DNA of 64,000 nt, from assembly GCA_030390025.1 (NCBI GenBank), contig CM059431.1:148306001-148370000 (forward strand), in the 5' to 3' direction. Under the pieces are notes generated by a model. It was not told where the DNA came from and ran no database searches. It was given only the letters and a program-made list of their open reading frames with translations. Below are positions 38,456-51,039 of the stretch, piece after piece. Both the position numbers and the translations under genes were made by a program. Source of the stretch: Squalus acanthias (lineage: Eukaryota). Positions within the stretch are counted from its first letter, which is position 1. Each line of letters begins with the position of its first letter.

Positions 38456-39059
38456 ACATGCTCTGACTTTCGAAAGTTAACTTTCCAGGTCTTGAGCCAT
38501 TATATCTGCACGGTCACTACAACGGATTTAAATTTACACTCTGTGATCCAACACAGGGAATGATTTCGCTGGAACTACAGGTCTAAACAAACCTTCTACA
38601 GCAACAACCTTCTGAGTGTCAGCTGGCTAGCGATATTTCCATTGTTAACACTCATTCACAAAGTAAACCGGTTCCGATATTCTAGATGACCACAATCACT
38701 CCTAGATAGATCAGCCAGTTAGTCACAGTCAGAGCCGTTCCCTGCCTTAAAATGGTTGTGCAGCCCCCTGCCTCAAACTGCCCAGTTTACAACCTGATTG
38801 TGATATCTGATCTCACTGTGATGCGCAGTGTGAGGGTGAGGAAGGCTCTTTGATTTCTCGGTTTGACCCGTCCAGCTAAAGTGGCCTCACTTTCATAAAA
38901 CAGTGTTTGGCAAAACCCTTGGGCTTCACTGAGGTTGCATATCCTTGATGTGCTAGAATACAACAAGAGGTTTCCATATGGCTACGACCCAGAAAAGAGG
39001 GTGTGTGGGTGATGTGCAGTGATGGGATTGTTTGCCTTCTTCCACTGATGTTAAGTAGT

Positions 39060-39925
39060 TGTCTACATTTACAGAAACAGGAGGAGGCCATTCAGCCCCT
39101 CCAGCCCGTTCCCAATTGAATTACATCATGACTGATCTGTATCTTAACTCTGTATCCCTTAATAACCTGCCGAACATAAATCTATCACTCTAAGTTTTGA
39201 AATTTTCAATTAAGCCCCAGCTTCAACAGCATTTTAGGGGGAGACGGTTGCAAATTTCCACGACCCTTTGTGTAAAGAAGTACTGCTTGGCATTACCCTT
39301 GAATTGCCGAGCTCTTTATTTAAGTTTATGTCCCCTTGTTCTGGACTCCCTCACCAGAGGAGATAGTTTCTCTATCTGACATATCAACTCCTTCAATTAT
39401 CTTAAAAACCTCCATTAGATCACCCTTTATTCCCCCTCTATATTCGAGATGATACAAGCCTAGTCCGTGCAATCTGTCCTCATCATTTAACCCACTAAGC
39501 CCCGGTATCATTCTGCCAAATCTACGCTGCACCCGCTCCGAGACCAATATATTCTTGCTGAGGTGAAGTGTCCAGAATTGAACGCTATGCTCCAGATGGG
39601 GAGTAATCAGAGACCAAAGAACTGTAAGGTAACTGCCAACCCCTTGTATTCCAGTCCCCTTGAGGTGAAGGCGAACATTTCATTCACTTTTTAAATTATT
39701 TTCTTATACCTCATCTCCTCTTTCCTGCACTATCCCCATATCCCTTTGATTCCCTTAATATTCAAAAATCTATCGATCTCTGTCTTGAATATACTCAACG
39801 ACTGAGCCTACACAGCCCTCTGGGGTCGATAATTCCAAAGATTCACCACCCTCTGAATGAAGAAATGTCTCCTCATCTCAGTCCTAAATGGCCGATCCCT
39901 TATTCTGAGACGGTGACTCCCAAGT
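39060..39925 (-). mobile_element. Old CR1 fragments
   Basis: ERVQRRFGRMIPGL, GDLMEVFKII, RPFRTEMRRHFFIQRVVNLWN. Confidence 0.8.
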
Positions 39926-40757
39926 CTGTCTCTTTCTGTGTCTCCTGCTTTTGTCTCTCTCTCTCTTTCTCTGTCTACCCCGCCTGTCGCCCCCACCTTT
40001 ATCCCCGTCTCTCTCCCCATCCGTCGCCGAGCTGTCAGTCTCCCTGTCAGTCGGTCTCTCTCTTTGTCGCCCCATCTGTCTCTCCTTCTCTGTGTCTCCC
40101 CATTAGTCTCCCAGTCTGAATCACCCTGTCTGTCTTTTTATCTGTCTCTCGCGCTTGCCTCTTTCCCTCTCTCCGTCTTCCCCGTCTGTCTCCCCTTCTC
40201 CCCGTCTGTCTCGCTCTCTGTCTGTCCCGCTGGTGTAAGCCCATCTATCTTCATCAATGTCTCTCCTAACGTCCTTCAACCATACCGGGTCTGTCTCTCG
40301 CTCTTTCTGTCTCTTCCTCTGTGTCGTCTCCCCATCTGTTCTGTATCTGTCTCTCCGCTGTCTGTCTGCCCCATCTGTCCCTCTCTGTCTCACCCCGTCT
40401 GTCTCCACCTCATCAGTCTACCCTGCTGGTCTGTCTTTCCTTCTCCCCCCCCCCCCCCGCCCCGCCCCCCGCACCGTCTGTTTCCCCGACTGTATATCTC
40501 TATCGGTCTCAACATGATCTGATCTCTTTCTTTCTCCCCGTCTGTCCCTCCTATCTCTCAAGCTTTGTCTCCCTCCAAGCTGTCTTCCCTTCTGCTTCCT
40601 CCTGTCTGTCTCCCCCATCTGTCTCTCTCTGTTTCACACACATCTGTCTCCTCCCCATCTCTCTCCCCCGGTCTCTCTCTTACTCTCTGACGCCCTCACC
40701 AGTCCTCATCGTCTCCCTCCACCCCGTCAGTTTCCCTTGGTCTCTCTCTCTATCTCC

Positions 40758-40793
<36 letters not shown>

Positions 40794-42110
40794 CTCACTA
40801 TCTGTCACTTTTCCTCAGTCTTCACAGCCTGTCTCTCCACCAGCTGTCTCTCTCTGTCTCCCCCATTCTGTGTACTCCCTTTATCTCCATCAATCTCTCT
40901 CCCCATCCTTATCCTGCCCCGGGTTCTGTCTCCCGCTCTCTCTGCCTCTCCAGCGTCGGTCTCCCCCGATCAGGCTCCCCCGCTGGTCTGTCTCTCCTTC
41001 TGTCGCCCCACCGTCAGTCTCCCCCGTCTCTATTCCCGTCTGTCTATCCTTGCTGTATCAAACCCGTCAGATCTCTTTCCTTCTACTTTAATGTCTCTCC
41101 TCTCACTCTCCCTTCCGTCTGTCTTAATCTCTGTCTCCACACCGTCTGTCGCTCTATGTGTCTCCCTGCATCTGTATCCCCGGTTTCTCACCCCCGTCTG
41201 TATCCCCCTACCAGCGTCCATCTCGCTCTCTCTGTCTCAATCCGTCTGTCTCAACACCATCTGTCTCTCTCGCTTTGTCTCCGCATCATCTGCCCGTCTG
41301 TTTCCTCGTCTCTCTCTCTCTCTCTCTCTCTCGCTGTCTCCCTTCCCCGATTGTCTCTCCATCTGACTCAATTGTTTTCTTCTCCTGTCTCCCCCACCGT
41401 CTGTCTCATCCGTCTGTCTCTCTCTCTCTGTCCAACTCCTGTCGGTCTTTCTATATGTCTTCTTTTCTTCTTAGGCAGTCCCTCGAAACCGAGGATGACT
41501 TGCTTCCACGTTAAAAATGAGTTTTCAGGTGACTGATGAGTCCAATGCAGGACCTACAGTCTCTGTTATAGGTGGGGCAGACGGTGGTTGAAGGGGCGGG
41601 TGGATGGTGTGTTTGGGTTGACGTGCGCTCCTTGAGTTGCCTGCGCATGACTTCCGCTTGGTCCCGGAGAAGGGACTCGAGGTGTTCGTAGCATTCCCGG
41701 ATGCTTCTCCTTCACTTTGTGCGGTCTTGGGCCAGGGATTCCCAGGTGTCAGTGGGAATGTTGCACTTTTTCAAGGAGGCTTTCAGGGCGTCTATATGTC
41801 ATCCAGTGTCTGACTCCCCGCCGCTCCTCCTGCACCCCACTCCCCGCCGCCGGTCTGTCGCTCTCTCTCTCTCTGTCTCCCCGCCATCTGTCTTGCTATC
41901 TCTCTCTGTCCAACACCTGTCGGTCTTTCTTTTTGTCATCCAGCGCCGCTCCTCCTGCACCCCACTCCCCACCACCGGTCTGTCGCTTCCTCTCTCTGTC
42001 TCCACACCCAGCATCTGTCTCGCTCTCTCTCTATCTCTCCCGGTCTGTCTCCAACAGTCTCTCCCCCTGTCCTTCTCCCGCTCCCGCTCTGTCTCTCGTG
42101 CTTCTCCCCT
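39926..42110. repeat. CT-rich low-complexity region (interrupted by an RTE fragment)
   Basis: Pyrimidine-rich TCTGTCTCTC/CCCC tracts. Confidence 0.9.
41468..41793 (-). mobile_element. RTE/BovB-like LINE 3' fragment
   Basis: Minus strand reads DALKASLKKCNIPTDTWESLAQDRTK*RRSIRE, typical of the RTE ORF C-terminus, followed by a 3' UTR. Confidence 0.7.
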
Positions 42111-42494
42111 GTGTTGTTTTAAAAAACCTTCTGTTGTCCACTTGAGCAGTACTGAATTAAGTCTTCTGGTTATATCATTTTATTCTTTAACTTCACATAA
42201 AAAGCAATTTGCAAGCAGAGTATATTCACAGATAGAGCACACGAACGTAGGCATGTATCCCTTTTCATGCTGCTTGAACAAAGAAAACAGCTTCTATTGA
42301 GAAACTATTCCCTTTATCAAACTGGAAGCAGCCTTGCCTTATCTGGTAGTCTCCGGTCAAAAGCACCGTCCTTCAGCCGATGCACACAAGTTTACATTTC
42401 TAGTACAACAACATTCGATGTTTACATTCAATGTACCGTCCTTCAATCGGCTTCTACTTCAACATCTTCTCGCAAAAATTGCAATGATGTGTGA

Positions 42495-44972
42495 ACATAA
42501 GAACATAAGAACATAAGAAATAGGAGCAGGAGTAGGCCAATCGGCCCCTCGAGCCTGCTCCGCCATTCAATAAGATCATGTCTGATCTGATCCTAACCGC
42601 CAATCTACTATCTATCACAGAACCATCTCCTGCATCTAACAGAATTGCACACCCGAAATAGGAGCAGAATCAGGCTACACAGTCCCTGGGCCCGCTCCAC
42701 TACCCACAGGGCCATGACCGATCCGAACCTAGACTCATGTCCAAATTCCTGCCCGCTCCCCGTAACCCTTAATGCCCTTTACTTCTAGGAAACTGTCTAT
42801 TTCTGTTTTAAATTTAATTAATGTTGTAGCTTCTACAGCTTTTTGTGGCAGCATATTCCATGGACCTACCACCCTCTGAGTGAAGTAGTTCCTCCTCATC
42901 TCAGTTTTGAAAGAGCAGCCCCTTATTCTAAGACTATGTCCCCTAGTTCTCGTCTCACCCGTCATCGGGAACATCCTCCCCGCATCCACCCGATCCAACC
43001 CCTTCACAATCTTATATGTTTCAATAAGATCGCCTCTCATTCTTCTGAACTCCAATGAGTAGAGTCCCAATCTACCCAACCTCTCCTCATATGACCACCC
43101 CCTCATCCCCGGGATTAACCGAGTGAACCTTTTTTGCACTGCCTCGAGAGCAAGGATGTCTTTCCTTAAGTAAGGACACCAAAACTGTATGCAGTATTCC
43201 AGGTGCGGTCTCACCAATACCTTGTACAACTGAAGCAATACCTCCCTATTTTTATATTCTATCCCCCTAGCAATGAAAGCCAACATTCCATTTGCCTTCT
43301 TAATCACTTGCTGCACCTGCATACTAACCTTTTGAGTTTCGTGCACCAGGACCCCCAGATCCCTTTGCACTTCAGTACTCTCCAGTTTCTTGCCATTAAG
43401 ATAATAAATTGCTCTAGGATTTTTCCTGCCAAAGTGCATCACCTCACACTTTCCAGTGTTGTATTCCATCTGCCAAATCTCTGCCCACTTACTTAGCCTG
43501 TCTATGTCCCCTTGCAGGTTTTTTATGTCCTCCTCACTCACTACTTTCCCTCCCATCTTTGTATCATCTGCAAATTTTGATATGTTACACTTGGTCCCTT
43601 CCTCCAAATCGTTAATATAGATTGTGAAGAGTTGGGGACCCAGCACTGACCCCTGTGGAACACCACTAGTTACTGATTGCCAGTCTGAGAATGAACCATT
43701 TATCCCAACTCTTTGCTTTCTGTTAGATAGCCAATCCTCTATCCATGCCAGAATATTACCCCCAATCCCGTGATTTTTTACCTTAAGCAATAATCTTTTG
43801 TGTGGCACCTTGTCAAATGCCTTTTGGAAGTCTAAATACACTACGTCCACTGGTTCCCCTTTATCCACTCTATATGTTACTTTCTCAAAGAACTCCAGCA
43901 AATTTGTCAAACATGACTTCCCCTTCGTAAAACCATGCTGACTTTGTCCTATTAAATTATGATTATCCAAATGTCCTGTTACTGTTTCCTTAATAATGGA
44001 CTCCAAAATTTTACCTACCACAGATGTTAGGCTAACCGGTCTATAGTTACCAGCCTTCTGTCTACTGCCCTTTTTAAATAAGGGTGTTACATTAGCAGTT
44101 TTCCAGTCTGCCGGGACCTTAGCGGAATCCAGGGAGTTTTGAAAAATTATTACCAATGCATCTACAATCCCTACCGCCACTTCCTTCAAGACTCTAGGAT
44201 GTAAGCCATCAGGTCCAGGTGATTTATCCGCCTTGAGTCCCATTATTTTACCGAGTACCACTTCCTTAGTGATTTTGATCGTGTTTAGCTCCTCTCCCCC
44301 TATAGCCCCCTGTTTGTCCAGTGTTGGGATATTCTTAGTGTCCTCTACTGTAAAGACTGATACAAAATATTCATTCAGTGTTTTTGCCATCTCCATATTT
44401 CCCACCATTAATTTCCCGGTCTCATCCTCTAAGGGACCAACATTTACTTTAGCCACCCTTTTTCTTTTTATATAACTATAAAAACTCTTACTATCTGTTT
44501 TTATATTTTTTGCTAATTTACTTTCATAATCTATCTTCCCTTTCTTAATCAATCTTTTTGTTATTTTTTGCTTCCTTTTAAAGTTTTCCCAATCCTCTGT
44601 CCTCCCACTAGATTTCGCTACCTTATATGCCCTTGTTTTTAGTCGAATACTATCCTTAATTTCTTTACTTAGCCACGGATGACTGTCCTTTCTTTTACAC
44701 CCTTTTCTTTTCAGTGGAATATATTTTTTTTGGAAGTTGTAAAATAACTCCTTGAATGTACACCACTGATCATGTGTCGTCTTACCCTTTAATCTATTTT
44801 CCCAATCCACTCTACTCAATTCCGCTCGCATACCTTCATAGTCTCCTTTATTCAAGCTTAGCACGCTTGTTTGAGATCCAACCTTCTCACCCTCTAATTG
44901 AAATGGATTTCAACCATGTTATGGTCACTCATTCCAAGGGGATCCTTTACTAGGACATTTTTAATTAATCCT
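42495..44972 (-). mobile_element. Young 5'-truncated CR1 LINE with an uninterrupted 709-aa ORF2 portion (42735-44864)
   Basis: KSPGPDG, NYRPVSLTS, DFQKAFDKVPH, GVPQGSVLGP, KFADDTK with no stops; (ACATAAGA)3 tail; nearly all of the endonuclease is missing. Confidence 0.96.
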
Positions 44973-46229
44973 GTGTGGTTGGGTATTTTCAGTATGGCAA
45001 TACTAAAAACATCCCAAGACCCGACTGCAATCATCAACACTGACTGTTGCTAAGTGAAGTCTTGTATCTCTCTCTCTCTCCCTCTCTCTCTTTCTCTCCA
45101 ATGATGCCAACCACTTTTTCCCATATTGAATGAAATAAACATGAACAACTTTCGGAAGGTGCATTAATCGAGGACCACATGCCAACTGAGAGCTCTTTCA
45201 AAGAGCCGGCACAGGTTCGATGGGCCGAATAGCCTCCTTCTGTGCTCTATCATTCTTTGAGTCTAAGATCTTCCGAGCATCTACTCTGTCAAGCCCTGCA
45301 AGAATTTGAAAATTTTCAGTGAGATCTCCTCTCATTCTTCAAAATTCGAGGGAATATAGGCCGTGTCTACTCAATCTCTCCTGAAAGGACAATTCCCCCA
45401 TCCCAGGAACCAATCTAGTGAACCTTCGCTGCACTCCCTCAAAGGCAAGTTTGTCTCTCCTTAGGTAAAGAGGCCTGTGTTAAGAGGCGGGGATTCCCTT
45501 TATGTTAGGGGCTCGGAAACGGTTCCTTAGACACCCAGATATGGTACAGTGTAACTGAGATCTCTCTGTAGCGTACCTGACTCGCACCGGATGAATTTCG
45601 TCCGTTCACAGGTACGAGACATGGTGAAAGACCACCTCCCGTGAAAGAGGCTCCCGCTGAAGCTGAAAGATGAAAATGTGGAACAAGATAGAAATAAATA
45701 AATGGACACAACCGGAAGATCAGGGCTTGTCAAGGGTCGGGTGGGGTGCGGTGATTGGGGGTAGGGGTGTAGTGGGTGGGGGTAGGGGTGCATTGGGTGG
45801 GGTGTAGGGGGTGCTGAGAGTGGGGTATGAGTGGGGAGCAGTGGAATGGAGGTGCAGTGGGAGGGGTGGAGTGGGCATTGGGCTGTGGTGTCGAAATATT
45901 AACTTACAAACAACAGACAGCTAATCCTGGGAGGCAAGGTCATGCTGTGTGTCCTATGTGGGATGTTATGCATCATCTAATCTGACTAACTAAAAACGCT
46001 GTCTCAAACTCTAATACAAGTTTGTGAGGAAATCGAAACTTGCGCAGTTCCAGTAAGACACAACCTATACATTAAACCCTTACATGTCTGCAGTAAAAAC
46101 ATACAATCATTTAAACACAGTATTATCCTGCCACAGCTTCATTCGCATAACCATAAATATTTTAGGCACCCTTAGATTCTAACAGCAGAATAACAATGCT
46201 AGACGATTTTGCTGTCCAACTCTGGCTTT

Positions 46230-46870
46230 GGAACTTCCTGCTCTGTGTGTGTATGTGGGTCTCAGTACCACACTGGGTGGGGGTTCAGGCTAACTCAGCA
46301 GAGGCCATGGATGGAGCCTAGCCCTTTCCTGCGCTGTGTGAGTGGCTCAGTACCACACCGGATGACAGCAGGCTAACACAGCTCAGGCCGGGGATGGAGC
46401 CTGGGCCTTTCCTGCTCTGTGTATGTGGGGCTCAGGACCACACAGGGTGCGGGATTAGATTCACTTACCACAGGCCGGGGATGGAGCCTGGGCCTTTCCT
46501 GCTCTGTCTGTGTGTGTGGGGCTCAGGACCACACAGGGTGCGGGATTAGATTCACTTACCACAGGCCGGGGATGGAGCCTGGGCCTTTCCTGCTCTGTCT
46601 GTGTGTGTGGGGCTCAGGACAAAACCGGGTGTGAGATCAGGCTCACTCAGCACAGGCCGGGGATGGAACCTGGGCCTTTCCTGCTCTATGTGTGTGGCGC
46701 TCAGTACCACACCGGGTGTGAGATCAGTTCATTCAGCACAGGCCGAGGTTGTAACCTGGGCCTTCAATGCTTTGTGTTTGTGGGGCTCAGCACCACACCA
46801 GGGGAGATCTGAATCTTTCGGCACAGGCCGGGGATGGCGCCTGGGCCTTTCCTGCTCGTGTGGCTCAGCT
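46230..46870 (-). repeat. ~87-91-bp tandem array resembling a tRNA-SINE head (about 7-8 units)
   Basis: CAGGCCGGGGATGGA(G/A)CCTGGGCCTTTCCTGCTC at 46384, 46471, 46562, 46653 and others. Confidence 0.8.
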
Positions 46871-47086
46871 ATTCACTGGATGCTCAAACTGAGCCCGAAT
46901 GGAATGAAATCTATTTCTAGCAATGTATAAAATTCTGTTCAGAGAACATGAACACTCAGCTACTTCAGTTTGTGTTGCAGTGAAGTGTTGTTGTGACAAT
47001 GGTTCAATGAGTCTATTTGTTCAGTGACTGTAACTAATGCCAGTTAAAGTTCGGCCTAATTAAGTCACTCGGGGATTTTTCTCTGA

Positions 47087-47093
47087 TATAAAT
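47087..47093 (+). promoter_or_regulatory. Probable TATA box of the right GPCR
   Basis: TATAAAT ~90 bp upstream of GGCATGG at 47180. Confidence 0.55.
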
Positions 47094-47179
47094 AAGGAGA
47101 TCCCTTCGCTGTGTGACCTCACACAATCATCGCGTTGCCTGCCCGCACAAAGACCACCAGCCTCTTACAGAGGGAAGGC

Positions 47180-50100
47180 ATGGGTTCCAGCAGCGCTTTC
47201 GAAAGTTATCTTGAACTGGAGCGGATGATGGGAATAGTTAATGATATACAACAGATTTTCTATCCGCTCCTCGCTGCTGTTGGTGTTCCTAGTAAGAATC
47301 TATGTCCAGTTATTAATTCTATAAACCATGTTACACTCTAATATTATTATACCTGTTTACCGTGGCAAATTCAGTTATTAATTGTATTCTGTATTTCAAG
47401 TTGTTGCATCTTTGTTAAAGCAAGAGTTGTTTAAAAAGACAGTCGCATTCTCGTTACTATTGATGTACCTTGTAAGTCTCTGTATCCAACTATTAATTCT
47501 GTAAATCATGTTTCACTGTATTACTGTTCTTGTCACTGATTCCCCCGCGCTTCGCTACTGTTGGTGTCCCTGGTAAGTCCCTGTATACAACTATTAAATC
47601 TGTAAATCATGTTTCACTGTATTACTGTTCTTGTCACTGATTTCCCCGCGCTTCGCTACTGTTGGTGTCCCTGGTAAGTCTCTGTATCCAGCTATTCATT
47701 CTGTAAATCATGTTTTACTGTATTTCTCTCCTTGTCATTCTCCATCCCATCTGCGCTGCTCTCGGCTATTGATTCTGAAGGTGATACAGTATTACCAAGA
47801 TTCAATAGTTCTATATTCAACTCAACAAACTATATTAGACGATACACTTCATTTAACGAATTTCATTCTGTTCTCTGCACTGAACATTTGTAACAGATCA
47901 GAAGAATGTTGTGTTGGTTTAGGAGACTTTTCACCAACTGACGAAAGATCATCGACCTGAAATGTTAACTCTCTCTCTCTCTCCACAGATGCTGCCTGAC
48001 CTGCTGAGTATTGAAAACATTTTCTGTGCTTATTTCAGATTTCCAACATTCGCAGTAATTTGCTTTGGTTTTCACTGAATGCTCGTCGTGGTTACTGACA
48101 CAGAGTCACAGGAACAAATCCTGGCAAATCACACCCACATCTTTAAATGTCTTAAATATCCGCGACTCATTCAGTTCCAGTCAATGTCTCCTTTCCCACC
48201 ATCTCCAGCTCTGCATTAGTGGCACTGCTTCATATGGTTAGAAAAGGATTACAAGGATAATTTACATTCTCAAAAACGTTCACTCAGACATATTTCAATG
48301 CGTTTATTTCCAATCTTTGTTTTGAATTTACAAGTGGGTCCCGTGCCCGTCTGTCACAGTTCAGTGGATCTCTCAGTGAGACCCAGAGTGATTCTCTATT
48401 GCCTCCTGCTGTACTGCAGGATAGACAATCCCAGCTGATTGTAACTGAAGTACTGAGGATAAGAAAATCCTTTCATATTTTCTCGACTAATATTCTCTGC
48501 ACAAGTTGGAAACCAACAGGTGAAAAAGTACAAGGATAAATCTATTCCATTTGTGTTCAGATACTTCACAAATACATTCAGCGTCACTTTGCCTGTTGGA
48601 TAATTCGCCTGATTATGATGCTAATAAATGCATTTAGTCGGATATTACTTGGTCCATGATAAATATTTATTATAATTCAGTTCCCACTATTTATGTTATT
48701 TGGAAAATCTTCCTTTCAATCAGCTAGAATTTGTGTATTTCAACATAAATGCAGAAAACTCAATCTTCAAAAGATTTCTTGCAGCCCAGTTATCTTTATA
48801 ACTGCAGTGCACTTGTATTTATTATCTTAGCATTTGCATATTACAGCCGTACATTTTAAATTCAATTGCCTGTAATTATAGAACGCCAAGATTGCAGTTT
48901 CTGCATTTTGCTGTTCCATTCATTTTCAGTTCTCAAATATAAAGGAAATTCTAACCAGGCGCATGAGTCCAAGCCGGATTTCCTCCTCCCGAACACAAGG
49001 GGCACTGAAGCGTATTCAGCTCTCCAAATGCTGACTGATCCCGGACCACGAAGGCTGCCTGAGAGGTCCTGGTCCTTTGAGTCCCTGGTACTTCGGGCGG
49101 AGCTTTTGTCCGCTGGGCAAAAGGCAGGTCTACCATTTAATCTCTCATTGATCAAACATTGGTTACATTCCTGGTGTATTTATCACGTTTTCATTTATTG
49201 ATTCAACAATTTATTCCCGATTATTCTTACTATAAACCCTGTATTCAGCTCCACAGGTAATATAATTAGATTATATCATTTAATGTCGCTATTGATTAGC
49301 AGATTTCTCCCCGATTTCCTTCAATCTGCTGTTCTCGCTCCCAGCCTGATGTATAATTTCCCTGTTTATTTCCCTTCCTCACAGTGAACTTAGTGACGAT
49401 TGTGATCCTGTCTCGGGGAAAGTGCGGTCTCTCCAAATGTGTCTCTCGCTACCTGGTGGCCATGGCAGCGGCGGATCTACTGGTCATTATCCTCGACCTG
49501 ATATTGAGGCAGATTCCGATTGTTTATAGGGAACAGTTTCAATTCCTACGATCCGAAAGCGTGTGTAATATCCACGCCGTCCTGCTTTATGCAGCTACAG
49601 ACTGTTCTGTCTGGTTCACCGTCACTTTCACCTTTGATCGATTTGTGGCCATTTGTCTCCAGAAGCTGAAAACTAAATATTGCTCCGAGAAAACGGCGGC
49701 TGTGGTTCTGGGAACAGTGACTGTGCTGAGCGGTTTAAAGAACATCGCCTGGTATTTTTCGTTGAAAGATCGGTATCGGCTTCAGAATCTCCCCTGGTTT
49801 TGTGAGGTAACATACACTGTGATGATTTCACGGGTCTGGGGAGCAATCGAGCTCGTTCATTATCTTCTCACCCCGGGGGTCCCATTTGTGGTGATTCTGC
49901 TGCTCAATGCTGTCACCGTCAGACACATTTTAGTGGCCAGCAGATCCCGCAGGAGACTCCGGGGTCCCAACAGTGGGGAGAGACCCAGAGACCCAGAGAT
50001 GGAGAGCCGCAGGAAATCCATCATTTTACTGCTTGTTATCTCCGGCAATTTAACCCTTTTATGGGCAATGTATATGTTGATTTATATCTGGAATCGGTTG

Positions 50101-50286
50101 TGGTATTCGGAGTATCATTCTGTATCTCTACCTCTTTATGTACAGGAAATAGCATTGATGCCGCAGTTGCTGAGTTGCTGCACAAACACTGGGATTTATG
50201 CCGTGACCCAGACTAAGTTCAGAGAGCAGTTGAAGAATGTGGGGAAATATCCCTTTACTCTGATTGTAAAATTCATTAAAGGATGA
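47180..50286 (+). CDS. Class A orphan GPCR, GPR139/GPR142-like; exons 47180-47291 and 49385-50286, ~337 aa
   Basis: ATG in good context at 47180, donor GTAAGA at 47292, acceptor TTCCTCACAG ending 49384, phase compatible; seven hydrophobic segments with DRF and NTGIY; no stops. Confidence 0.88.
47445..47720 (+). repeat. 101-bp tandem repeat derived from the exon 1/intron junction (3 copies)
   Basis: GTAAGT at 47472, 47573 and 47674. Confidence 0.85.
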
Positions 50287-51039
50287 GAAGAAGCGGATAC
50301 ATTGCAGCCTGAGAGTTCCCTGGGCCTGATATTTTGAGCGAGCCGCCAGTGATCTGGGGACATTAACACGCTCACTCACACACTGTCTCCACTGGGCTCC
50401 ATGTCAGGGGCACGTTCATCTGCCAGGCCCCTCTGGAAAGACAGCAGTGCCCGAGACAATGATGGCCGATCCCAAACGCGCCTCCAAACGCAGCGCAACT
50501 CCCGCCCGCACTAATATGGCGTCAGCCCTGCCCTAGACAAATATGGCGGCGCCGCTCAATGAGCAAAAACGCGGTAAAGGCCCCGTTCAAAGATGGCGGC
50601 AATGGCGCTCCGCACAAAGATGGCGTCTGTAGATCTCTCTCTCTCTCTCTCTCTCTATCGGGGGCTTCCCCCTGGGTCGATTGCCAAAATTGAGGTTTCT
50701 CCTTTCCCAGAAGCGAGGCCGCGGAGTGGCGGCGGAAGGCCAGAGTCCGGAGGGCGGCAGCAGCGGGAGGCCTGGTTACCCTGAGAACGGGCGGGCGGCG
50801 AGGGCGAGCATTAATGACCATTAACAAAACAACAGAACCGTATATAAATCATTATGGCTATTAACTAAACATCATAACCTTTTGTAAATCATTAAGACCA
50901 TTAAGAAAACATTATAAACCTTTGTAACTCAGAATGACCACTAATAATCATTACAACACTTTATAAATCATTATGATATTTAATAAAACATCATAACTCT
51001 TTATAAATCATTATGACCATTAATAAAACATCATAACCA

